From contig SMSO01000006.1 of the NCBI GenBank assembly GCA_004764695.1, forward strand, positions 759,859 to 823,858: 64,000 nucleotides of DNA, in the 5' to 3' direction. The translations under genes and the position numbers were made by a program. The stretch comes from Schizochytrium sp. TIO01. Its lineage: Eukaryota > Protista > Bigyra: Labyrinthulomycetes. Shown piece after piece: positions 24,201 through 33,648 of the stretch. Each line of letters starts with the position of its first letter. Position 1 is the first letter of the stretch. The notes below the pieces were generated by a model. It was not told the DNA's origin. It searched no databases and saw only the letters and a program-made list of their open reading frames with translations.

Positions 24201-27200
24201 TACCAGGGCCCGATTTTCACCAGATTCAAAGACCCAGGCCATACGCAAGGTGGTGTGAAGGCCTTCGCGGCAAAGAACCACTTGATTCTGTGGATTATTC
24301 GAGAGGTAAAGTAAGGCCATTAATGCGGCTTGCATCTCTGCATCGCGGTTGCAAGTGGCACAGCGATTACAAAGCTTCGAACGACGAGTTCCATACGGAC
24401 ATGTGCAAACTCGTTGGTCTGCTGGTGTTTTCTCAATCTGATCGCAAACAGTTGCTGCAACGCGGAGAAAACGCCGAGGAATTCTGACTTTTCGAAGCAA
24501 ACGGTGGCCTTGAGCAGAAAATTGAATATAGGCAAACGTTTGTCCAGCATACACTCGAAACGTCGGATCTGATTCTCCCATAAAGCACCGAATAAGAGCA
24601 ACGGCAGTTTTCTCAGCTGTTTCATCAGGTAATGGCATTTGCAAAAGAAGTGAGGCTGCCGTACATCGTGTCCTGGCAGGAAGTTTATTGTCGCAAGCCC
24701 ATTGCAGGGTATTTTTTAGCAAACTTGAGGACCGTTCAAGTAGGTCAGATGAAATCTTCGCAGAATCACCAGCGTAGAAAGAACACACACGGAGAATTTG
24801 TAGGCCCAAGTATCCATGATGTTGGGCTGACGCATCTTCGCGCCTCGAGATACTTGCTTGAACAATTTTGTAGATAATATTGAAACCTCCATTTTGAGCG
24901 AAAATCTGTAGGTTTGATGTTTGGTATAGTAGCAACCAGAGCAATAGAAGAATTCGTGAGAGTGTGGATGTCCTGAGCTCAGCAAAAAGTGCAGCGTCGC
25001 GCAAAGCAGTTTCTACTGCTCCAACTTGACCCATATTTCGATTACTCACTACATTCCGAGCTAAAAGCCACAACGCAGTGTAAGCGTCACCTTTTAAAAG
25101 TGCAACGTTCGTAAGGTCCACAAATTTTCGTAACACAATGGATTCCTGTGGCTCTCGAACTAGAGCACATGCAGCTGTAAGAGTACACATCTTGACTACC
25201 ACTAAACGTGCATCATGTGTTGAGGCCGTTGCAGATGTCATTCGCTTCAGGAAAGACTGGGCTGCATGTAGGACTTGCAAACTCTGAGTCACACTGGGAC
25301 CTTGCGCTGTTGCGTCCGTATTTGCTGCAGATGCCACACCTTTTAGGTCCACAGCCGAAAGATCTTTCTGCGAATCCATGGACTTCAGACGCTCTGCAGC
25401 AGCACGCAAGGCCTTGACCCGATTACTCCGAACAATATGATGAACTTTTTCTTTAAAAAGACTTTTGGTACTCTTCTGAGATGCCATCGACCCCGGCATC
25501 TCGTCTTCGTCTAAAAGATCTTCTGATTCATCTTCAAGTAAACTTCCAACGGTTATAACATGCTCAACAAGATTATCAAGACCCAGGGTAATCATTAGGC
25601 TTCTAGAGAAATGTGCAATATCTGCGAGCCGACGCAATTCTGCCTTGTCAACTCCCCGGCCTATCGCATCCCTGATATTTTCTCGACAGTGTTGAAAGGC
25701 ATACTTACAGGACACTCCAATATCTGTCAAAAGTTGAAGTAGGTTCCATGCCGAAGATATGGTTGCTTTGCCCTGAAGCAAATACTCGCCACCTGTGGTG
25801 GTGGTAAAAACAACTCGCTGCAAGCTCCGACTCGTGTCTTTGCTGAGCATCTGAGCAAGGTCTCGTACAAAGTGAGTAAACTCTATTGTTTCAAGGAGCC
25901 GAAGATAACCCGTTTTAGAATGCAATAGACTTGTCAAAATAGCTATGGCAACAGCTTGAATCCGATCTAAAAGGTCGCCAATGCGGCTTGGAAGCCCCTG
26001 AGATAAGCCAATCCTATTTGGATCCTTGCGAAGAACTTTAGACAAGAAGTCAACATGCAATATACGCAAGCATAAGACAAGAATATCATCGACTTGATCA
26101 TCTGGAAGGTCTAACCAGGAGCTTGGATCTAGTTCACGACCTCCCAGAGCACTATCTTCATCCTCATCGTCACTGTCACCAATGTCTGAATAGTTATCCT
26201 CGTCACCATCAACGGGATCTCCATTTCCTCTAGAGGCTGTTCTATGAGTTGCTGATGCACAACCAGGAAAGGAGCACGAGCCTGTGTAGAAGTAGGTACA
26301 CTCATGCTGGGTATATGCATAATGACCTCGATCTGATTTACAACAGGCCCAAATAACACACAGAGATCGACAAAACCCTTCAAGCAAAAACTCGTGAGAT
26401 CTTTGATCTTCCGGGGCCTTGGTTTCGGCATCATCATCAAGATCCTGCCATTTTACTTTGCTTATCGCATTAGAAAACTTGCTGAAATTTTGCTGGTGCA
26501 TGAGTACTTCAACAACGTGGTGAAGGCTCTTCAAAAAGGACGCAAACTGCCCAGTTCCCAAAAACTCTCGGCAGAACTCTGAGCGAAGAGTAAAGTTAAG
26601 AAGTACCATTGAGACACATAAGAAATAGGGTTCGGATACAATACGATCTTCAAACCGAAGGGATGCTATGAGAGCACCAACAGTGTTTTCCTGAAAGTAT
26701 TTGTGATTTCGAAAAGCATGGTCATTAATGAGAACATGACACATAATCCGTCCAGTACAATCCATATACACAGGAAGCTCATACTCTTGTGATTTTCGAA
26801 TGACATCAAATAAGGATTGTACAAGTTTTGTCAGTGCTCCAGATGAGAAACGATTACAAGCGGCTGGATCACGAATTAGGCATGCGAGGCATCCCAAAAG
26901 ATAAACAACGCGGTCTGTGATACGCTTCAGGGCTCCGATTCGAACAAACTCTGCTAGGATCTCTGTTAGGTATTCAACTAATTGGGTTTCACGAGCTAGC
27001 TTTTCACTTGCTACAGAGTGAGTTGAGGCCGCCCAAAGAAGCCCCAGCATGGCCCGTTGTAGTTCTGGAATGAGTCCCCAGAAAATAGTGGGTTTCATAT
27101 CAGCCACAATGTCTTCAAGGATATGTTGGAAAAACTTGTCAAAGATATAGGAGCGATGAGATTCTGAGGATAATAATAAACGCCAAGCTTCTTCACAGCA

Positions 27201-28382
27201 TGATGTGTATTCAGTTTGAACTTCCACAGACCGGCTGGTTGACTTACGTCGATCATATCCACTATTTAGAGCACGGAAGCGGGTGAGTAAATTTTCAAAC
27301 ATTTGTGTGTATTCACGTGATTTGTGCAACTGTACACTACTAATCCAAGAGCGAAGTTGAATCTGCAATTCCGTATCTGTCTTAATTTCGTGCCACCTTG
27401 GGTTTTCTAAACCTTTGGGACTACAATCATCGAGTCCATACAGAACACAACGATCTAACAATGCCTCAAAGCCCTCCATCGCGGACTCAAGAACATCATC
27501 AATTGTGCTGTTGGAGTTTATTTCGAAATTTATCTTGTTGTTACCACCCTCACTCCCAAGTAGGTTGTTCTCGGAGGATTTTGAAAGTTCCTCCTGGGTT
27601 TTGTTTTCTGCGTTGCCCCTTGGTGAGGCATTTGGTTCTTTCGCATCCTCTAGGGTTTCCTCTTGAAGTTCGGGCACCTCAGAACTAATAGATTTGCGTG
27701 ACTTAAAAGTGAACTGACTTATGTCGACTTCACACGGCGAAGAGACATAGTTTTGAATTTCTTGGTCAGCAGCATCTAACATACTACGTCCTGTTGAGGC
27801 TCGGCGTAGCAAATGGGATAGCTGGTCGCAGTCATCTTTTCGCATTGATGACTGCCGCTTGAGATAAACATTTGTAACAAGCTGACTAGCTCTCCCTCGG
27901 CGTCGAGAAGGCACTGTTCGCAAGGGAGATGGTATATTCGCACCTTGCCTGGATTCTTCATCCATATCTTCAATATTGATCAAAAGAGGTGCTCGAAATG
28001 TACCTCGCGCTGGAACTGATCTTAGCGGAGATGGTCTGTCAGCTTCTAAATACGATTCGCCATCTTCTGAGAGTTCTTCAAGTGGCGCCGGGCGTTTGAT
28101 GTCGTTCTGGAGAAAGGAGTCGTTGCTTGTTTGTTGAGTAGACTGCATCGGAGGATCTTCTCCAACATGCATCTCATCATCGTCAACACCATCAAGTAGC
28201 TGAGATGATGGATTGCAACTGTTGTCTTCACTCAAACCTTCTGTTTTCTCAACTTTATCTGCAGACCGTGCAGTTTGAGCATCCTCGTAAACCTGAACTC
28301 CGCCGTCGCCTCCTTTGCTTTCATTAACAAGCTCCAAAGCCGAAAGAGGGGTCTCAGCGTCTCCGTCTCCATCTCCATCCAT
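21300..28382 (-). CDS. Giant 2360-aa protein with ARM-like helical repeats and a C-terminal EF-hand-like region
   Basis: 7-kb intronless ORF; helical repeat segments (ALWLLARNVVSNRNMGQVGAVE, ALLYLSNNPQNQVVLCREGL); C-terminal motifs RFGFLELIVRSA, MTLPEWCEVV, LTYTGFLEAFCRLA. Confidence 0.82.
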   Translation of the reverse strand: MDGDGDGDAETPLSALELVNESKGGDGGVQVYEDAQTARSADKVEKTEGLSEDNSCNPSSQLLDGVDDDEMHVGEDPPMQSTQQTSNDSFLQNDIKRPAPLEELSEDGESYLEADRPSPLRSVPARGTFRAPLLINIEDMDEESRQGANIPSPLRTVPSRRRGRASQLVTNVYLKRQSSMRKDDCDQLSHLLRRASTGRSMLDAADQEIQNYVSSPCEVDISQFTFKSRKSISSEVPELQEETLEDAKEPNASPRGNAENKTQEELSKSSENNLLGSEGGNNKINFEINSNSTIDDVLESAMEGFEALLDRCVLYGLDDCSPKGLENPRWHEIKTDTELQIQLRSWISSVQLHKSREYTQMFENLLTRFRALNSGYDRRKSTSRSVEVQTEYTSCCEEAWRLLLSSESHRSYIFDKFFQHILEDIVADMKPTIFWGLIPELQRAMLGLLWAASTHSVASEKLARETQLVEYLTEILAEFVRIGALKRITDRVVYLLGCLACLIRDPAACNRFSSGALTKLVQSLFDVIRKSQEYELPVYMDCTGRIMCHVLINDHAFRNHKYFQENTVGALIASLRFEDRIVSEPYFLCVSMVLLNFTLRSEFCREFLGTGQFASFLKSLHHVVEVLMHQQNFSKFSNAISKVKWQDLDDDAETKAPEDQRSHEFLLEGFCRSLCVIWACCKSDRGHYAYTQHECTYFYTGSCSFPGCASATHRTASRGNGDPVDGDEDNYSDIGDSDDEDEDSALGGRELDPSSWLDLPDDQVDDILVLCLRILHVDFLSKVLRKDPNRIGLSQGLPSRIGDLLDRIQAVAIAILTSLLHSKTGYLRLLETIEFTHFVRDLAQMLSKDTSRSLQRVVFTTTTGGEYLLQGKATISSAWNLLQLLTDIGVSCKYAFQHCRENIRDAIGRGVDKAELRRLADIAHFSRSLMITLGLDNLVEHVITVGSLLEDESEDLLDEDEMPGSMASQKSTKSLFKEKVHHIVRSNRVKALRAAAERLKSMDSQKDLSAVDLKGVASAANTDATAQGPSVTQSLQVLHAAQSFLKRMTSATASTHDARLVVVKMCTLTAACALVREPQESIVLRKFVDLTNVALLKGDAYTALWLLARNVVSNRNMGQVGAVETALRDAALFAELRTSTLSRILLLLWLLLYQTSNLQIFAQNGGFNIIYKIVQASISRREDASAQHHGYLGLQILRVCSFYAGDSAKISSDLLERSSSLLKNTLQWACDNKLPARTRCTAASLLLQMPLPDETAEKTAVALIRCFMGESDPTFRVYAGQTFAYIQFSAQGHRLLRKVRIPRRFLRVAATVCDQIEKTPADQRVCTCPYGTRRSKLCNRCATCNRDAEMQAALMALLYLSNNPQNQVVLCREGLHTTLRMAWVFESGENRALVKSLLSRWAAHPNNRAQLYELELQARQAMHLHFDKGLLKTKLGSDGITNDPLGSVSAALSDGPKSQILDREKRAFMEWFLKLNTKVAETSDENPDEREIEHLSQNMDESKDPSAQKMFIPQIVAKQVHSKSPGSPARSPNHNRGSMFLQGMRESRAKLWKQSNTSDLDTKTDPWNPQISSIRSDGEVCTVTVKNQFPHDRMLFKNKKTSTMPLTREERDIMGMCQLSLFPHIDGAVVYLQMNMKPHIIVGPDLSNQNTVFLYKSGGSQISMQSASSDLDEVFGVPRPPVSLFDGDLCYLQYDNPAYRALEVSQLVDFELLPKKVQAPHPEGYEKVDVELSQNTDFPLMVHKRLPLRKLRTMSIQKLQSVLHMNSHRSSLQNFLSIEIDTVFHTRKLESDSRSFFSCVDESCNRAFEKDWSLLMQRNGFNSYIQSIAVRDSTDKGKMDANVPAMLAKIKAFLKENYGTVCAIYRFYSGASMVRGTGFCQNPPDVEGECLPDVRFLDCIPIEGILQFTKDIQILSRVQSSILSKEGLKRLSGNIFARGIQRKDLTRNQRLCMKRCKAYNFGRFRAVHRFGFLELIVRSADAKYFKEDNTTTNKSMVIALSRLFTENLEPLIKSEKQIDADDYRRTRLYKVRINEILKDSEPQLQQLFSKFAGTMTDSRSWGGLSGRRMTLPEWCEVVDAIGVLSPRLELREAAMIFKQSIFEVEDVAQDWEHNVTLTYTGFLEAFCRLADAFYLPTDALLSKWHLDDALDFYRFIGRLGISQLFFAAEEKVSFRECVNDFTVLSRWSGYQGAPIVQLHYKLNKLIELVSKQYSPTASATAELFLEDRFWLRHVSETSNWDYEDRPENQFERRVALRIYGRLGLGGGNRDFSLGDSLEQLRCLQAVRLPCMLLRQSFQQKCDDDLLLHNYLDYVSSGDFFNHLKNDIKGRYDLSDFCPLDIAISETIATYLDVVKVESKP

Positions 28383-29039
28383 AGCTGCAGCCGGAGTTGT
28401 GCTTTAAGGTTTGCTTCTGGTGCACGTTTTGCGTCCAGGGCGCGCCCTTGTTCCTGTGATTCTGAAAAGCCACAGCAGCCTTGGTTTTATATAATTTCAC
28501 TTTCTTGCACTTCCTTAAAGCTGGGGCCATCCACCCCCAATTTTGTCGAGATATGCAATCACTGCTTTATAATTTGGACTAGGGATGTCTACTCACTCCA
28601 TCATCAAAACTTCCATCATACCAACTCTATCAAATTCTTCTTCTTACTTAAAAGCGCAAGCTCAGTGCCTACTCGATGATGAATGCTCTTTTCTCCGAAG
28701 CCGGGAAACACCAGAACGCTTTTATTCCTGATTACTCTCCTTACGGGGTCCGCCGATGAGAACGCTTGGAGGCTTCGTTCTCACCGGACATGTGTGGGAT
28801 TCCTTTCACAGAACAGAAGCAGAACCATTTTGTTCCAAGAGTTCCAATATGGATTATTCACCACGATTCACTAGATGTTTGACATAAGTGGTAGAGAGAG
28901 ACACTGCGCACCCCTGACTCAAAAATTCCACCGCTGTCAAGGATATCTCTGGCAGGTGGCAAACTAGGATACTATTGATGCGTTCTTTGATCACTTCAAA
29001 CAAGCCTTTGACTACTTTGGTAAAACCCAAATCAAAGAA

Positions 29040-29206
29040 CAGCACCATGCTTGAGCAAGAGCTGCGTAAGGTCTGAGTGGAAGGCCCTTTTCCAGTGAAA
29101 CATACTAGCGAGCATTAGCGCATCAGCGCCCTCGCGGTCCTGCGCCGTTGGGTCAGCGCCGAAGCTTAGCAGGAAGTCAGATACTGCAAAGTGGCCATGC
29201 CCTACA
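29040..29206 (-). pseudogene. Inverted duplicate fragment of ankyrin coding sequence 14001-14167
   Basis: Manual ungapped alignment: 155/167 identical (~93%) to 14001-14167 in reverse complement. Confidence 0.95.
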
Positions 29207-29404
29207 CAAACCCTTTGTGGGTTGGGATAAAATCCCTAATTCTTACAATCAAGTCGAAAGTTTGGTAGTTTGATATCAAATAGGTTTATTTCATATTATG
29301 TTTTAATTTTAGAACAATTGTGTCTATATTCATGGAATTATAGAAGTTCTGGCATGCAGAAAGCCTTTAATATATTTGTACATTTTGCTTTCTCAGAAGT
29401 ATTA

Positions 29405-30076
29405 TTAGCGTTTTACAAGGGTTCCTTGCAACAAAGTGGCAATCTCTTCGCCTGGTAAGACAAGCTCAGTGCTGGAAGCCTCTGTGCAGCTTAAAACACT
29501 AGAATCGATTGCCCGATCTAAGGTTTGTAAGACCTCTGAGTTCAAACTTTCACAAGACCTGTACGAGACATCTTTGACATGAACACAACAGCCAGATGGT
29601 CTTCGTTCAAAGATGATTTCGGCAAATCTTTTTGGTGAAGATTTCTGAGGTCGGAACTTGGCGATGATCGTATATGTACGGCCTGCGATTTTTCGCTTCA
29701 CCTGGAATAGAGGGAAGAAGTTATTTGGATCACCTTCGTTTGCTTTTGCAGAACTTTTTTGTGACTGCAGAGAGATAACCTGCTGTTCTTTAGGACTTTC
29801 ATTATACTTGTCACGGAAGCGGCGTGCGAAAAGGTCAATCAAATCTAAAAGCTTTGCTTGGCGCATGTCTTCAGGGAGGTCCTTGAGCACAGAGTCGTAC
29901 CAGCTTCGAAAGTTAAAGTCATCCCGCTTTGGCATGCCAACCTTATTCCAAAATCTTTTTTCCATACGATAAAATACCAATTCACGCGTGACGTCTGAAG
30001 CCTTGTCGAAGTTCCGGCAGCTCTCCATAAAGTCTTCATCACTAAGAATTTCGCGAAGCCTATAGATTGACGTCAT
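29405..30076 (-). CDS. Hypothetical protein (223 aa); 70-nt intron at 30150-30081 just upstream of the ATG
   Basis: ORF with ATG at 30076; GTAAGT donor at 30150 and TTCTTGTAG acceptor at 30081 join an in-frame upstream segment that has no ATG. Confidence 0.6.
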   Translation of the reverse strand: MTSIYRLREILSDEDFMESCRNFDKASDVTRELVFYRMEKRFWNKVGMPKRDDFNFRSWYDSVLKDLPEDMRQAKLLDLIDLFARRFRDKYNESPKEQQVISLQSQKSSAKANEGDPNNFFPLFQVKRKIAGRTYTIIAKFRPQKSSPKRFAEIIFERRPSGCCVHVKDVSYRSCESLNSEVLQTLDRAIDSSVLSCTEASSTELVLPGEEIATLLQGTLVKR

Positions 30077-31774
30077 GTTGCTACAAGAACAAAACCGAGG
30101 ACCTCAGCCCCTCTCTTTCACATAAATATCGTCCTTCAAAGCGGACTTACACCGCTAGCCCCAAGCGGACAACGTCCAGCCTTTTCGGATCGCCTGCAGT
30201 ATTAGCGAATGTAGAGGTTGACCAAGTTTGGTCCTCAGTGCCAGCATCTAGCTGGTTCTGTTTCTTTGTAATACTTTGAGCTATTTCATTCCTAAGTGGC
30301 GCCTGACCTTTGTTTTGGTAGAAGTGTAATTTATCATATTGCACGTGACTATCTGCCTCTGTGGTATTTTCATAACGGCTCTATCTGGACAACTCGATTT
30401 TACCCATTTTGCGTTGTTCACTGTACAATGAGAATAAATCTCTCCCTTGTTTTTACGTTTTGTTGAAGACATGATTAGGCTTGTTTAAACATTGCTTCGT
30501 GTAGCGTTCTTTTCAACTTCTTTTATACACGTCTGCTTCTTTGATATTGCACAAGATTCTTCCACATAAAGCTTTCCACAAGTCCTTTGCCCATTTCCAC
30601 ATATTTCCTGGCCGTTGGTGCGGGAGCGATTCATGTCCGTCGTTGGGCCGACGCTGTTCTTCTATTTTTCCATTTTTATTTTAATTTTAAAATAACTACT
30701 ACTAAAATCAACATTTTCTGCACGTTTTATTCTTCAAAACTTACATCTTAAAAAGCCTTTTCTTTAGAACACACTTAAAGGAACTTCAAAATGGATCCAT
30801 CTCGATTCCGCTGCTTTCCGGAGCTGTACGTACAAGAAAGCGTAAAAAGAAACAGCGAATGGCCGCAGCCGAAGAGTGGAATCCACGAGGTCTTCGCAGC
30901 AGGTTCTTCCGCCTAAATCACCACAGCGGTTAGAGGCGGAGCCCTGGGAGTCTTTCCGCCCGGGTCGAAACTCACGCCTCGCTGATTGATGGCATCGAAA
31001 TCCAGCTTTATGGGGGGGGGGTGTGCGACAGCGAGAATGCTCTCTCTCGCATCCATGGAAAGCTAACTGACTCTGCTTTGGATGGGACAGGGAGGAGCCT
31101 CTCGCGTAGAGAGATAAACTTGGCACAGAAGCAACTACAACTGCTTTCAATGTTGGAGATGCGCTAACAGCAAGGTGGCGTTGCTAAGCAGGTGTCTGTT
31201 GCCTTCGAAAGAGTGAACCTAAGCTCTGAAGGAAAGAAAGACCACGAATCACCTCCATAGCTCTCCGCTCCCATGCTTTCCCCCCGCTTCTGGAGACGAG
31301 CCCTTCTACACCTGGTCTGCTGCGAATCTACCTCCTCGCGGCTGCGTTTTACCCTGCAAGCGCAGCTACTGTTCGTATACTTCCTGATAGGCATGCCCCA
31401 GCAGCTTTTTGCCTTCACTTTCGCGGCAAGGATTACAAGAACCGGAGTAACATCGCTCGAGGACTCCATTGCAACTTATCGATCTATAGCGTATTTGTTG
31501 GTGGCCTACAGTTCATTTGTCTCTCTGTTTCTGTCTTTGTTTGGTGTCTATAGCCTATTTGCTTGCGTCCCTATAGTTCACTTCGAGCGGCGGAGCCCGA
31601 CGGCTAGGACTCGCTAGTGTGCGGCTACTGCCGCGAGGGGGGAAAGTGACGGCACTTGGCGGTGCGAAAGAGGCCGCCACTTGGATTAAAAATCCCTCGC
31701 AGCGCAGGAGTGGACGTGAGAGGGCAGCGCAGAGCATGCGTTGCATTGCGGTCCTGGACTTCTTCTATCTATCT

Positions 31775-31848
31775 TTCCTTCCTTCCTTCCTTCCTTCCTT
31801 TCTTTCTGTCTGCGTATCCACGCCTTTGAAGCTTTTTGAGGGAGTTTC

Positions 31849-31884
<36 letters not shown>
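31775..31884. repeat. (TTCC)n and (GA)17 microsatellites
   Basis: Directly visible. Confidence 0.95.
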
Positions 31885-31887
<3 letters not shown>

Positions 31888-32117
31888 AATGTCTCAGGCT
31901 GAGCTAAGTTGCCCACCAGAGCAGGCCCAACGGCGCCTCCTATCCTATACCGTAAGAGCATGTTAGGAGGTCCTGTCCTCCAGTGGGTACATTTGGAGAC
32001 TGAGCACTAGAGGAAACTGTAGGGCTCCGACGGGATCGACCAAGTAGAGAAAAAAGGAAAGGACTTGGGGAGGGTAAAGAGGTGTGCTAGTAGGCACTAG
32101 CATGTTGTTATTGCTGT

Positions 32118-32119
32118 TT

Positions 32120-32193
<74 letters not shown>
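32118..32193. repeat. (TTTC)19 microsatellite
   Basis: Directly visible. Confidence 0.97.
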
Positions 32194-32194
<1 letters not shown>

Positions 32195-33510
32195 CTTTGT
32201 TTATTTCCAATTAATTTAAAAGTATATAGTATGGTTTTGTGGTAAAGACAGACATGATACAAATAAGTTTGAAGAAGAGCAAATAGTCGAAATGAGAAAA
32301 GAGAAGGGCTGCGCTCTTTCTGCTCTGTGCATCTCCTCACTCTGTACTTCGCAATGCAGGTGCCGTGCCCTCCCTCCCAAGGCTTGCTTGCCGAGGGACG
32401 AAGGTCTCAAGCATCAGCTTCCTTCCACAGGAGCGATGAATGAATGAATAATGCATGCATGCATGCACGCCAATTCGTCGAATTCGCCATTTGACAACAA
32501 ACAAACAAATTCATTCGTCAATCAATTTATTGTGGCTAATTAAATTCTCAAGAGGAGAAGGGGAAAGGACAGAAAGAAGTGAATCAGCAGTGTAAGCTTC
32601 TGTGTGCCCTTGAGTGGCCCTGTGCGGCTACAGTAGAGAATGCAGATTGCAAGTAGAGAATGCGAAAGCTCCGCTTCAATCGGTCTCAGCTCAGCCTATC
32701 TGTCTGTCTGTTTGTCTGTCTGTATCTGCCTTCGTGGTGCCTTCGTAGTGCCTCGGTACGTATGGTGTATTATGTATTGTCTACTGCCTCATTAGTTCTC
32801 TTCATCGTCGTTGCTTATTAATGACATTATCTTTCTTCGGGGCCTGGCTGATCCCGGACCGCTAGCGAATACCCCAATGTTCCACTAGGGTGTCGCGTAG
32901 TAAAGAGCTGAAGAGAGAGAGAAGAAAGTTTTTCTTAAAAGTTTAAAAGTGAAAACATAACCAAAAACCTTTTTCCAATTCAAAACAATATACGTAAAAA
33001 CCAACTTTGAATATAAAAATAAATAGAAACAGTTAGTAATGAAGAGCAACTTAAAAGAAACCCAACGGAGCAAAGCGAACACAAATCGGCGATAGATTTC
33101 CTCTTCAGCGGAGCGACTGATTAGAGCGCACAGTCGAATTGAGCGGCGACGCATCGTTGAGCACGCAAGGCGTAAGAGGTCGGGAGCGCGGACATATTTA
33201 GAGAGGTTGCGGGCGGCCAGAAACAGCTACAAGCACCTCTTCACCATCTGCCTGGACCCCGAAGAAGCCTCTTCAGCAGAAAAAGCCGTCCGAAATGAGG
33301 GAAAAGGGAAAAAGGTGGAAGAGTTGAGCGTATTTTATTCGATGATATAAATTGTACCCTAGGAGATTTCCTTATATGGTTCTATTTCCGACGTGCGTAT
33401 TTTATTCCATTATGGACAGCTCGTCAACAAGAAAAAGAAGAGGAAGAAAAACTTGGAGAAAGAATTATTGTTTACTCTCACTATTATTCTTTTCTTTTCT
33501 TCTTAAAGTA

Positions 33511-33513
<3 letters not shown>

Positions 33514-33546
<33 letters not shown>
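33514..33546. repeat. (AT)16 microsatellite
   Basis: Directly visible. Confidence 0.97.
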
Positions 33547-33549
<3 letters not shown>

Positions 33550-33648
33550 TAGTATGTACTTGTAAATTTAGAAAGGAGAAAGAGAGAGGAAAGAGTCGCG
33601 ACGGCCAGACTCCAATTGCTGCGCGTTGCCCTCGCGCTGCCTGCGAGT

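Noticed and set aside
29040-29206. RIP-like C>T hypermutation as the cause of pseudogene decay
   Set aside because: The 12 differences between copy and gene are mixed (several T>C, A>G and transversions), not C>T biased.
31619-32410. Short ORFs with RERERE or KKERKKER runs
   Set aside because: Translations of microsatellites.
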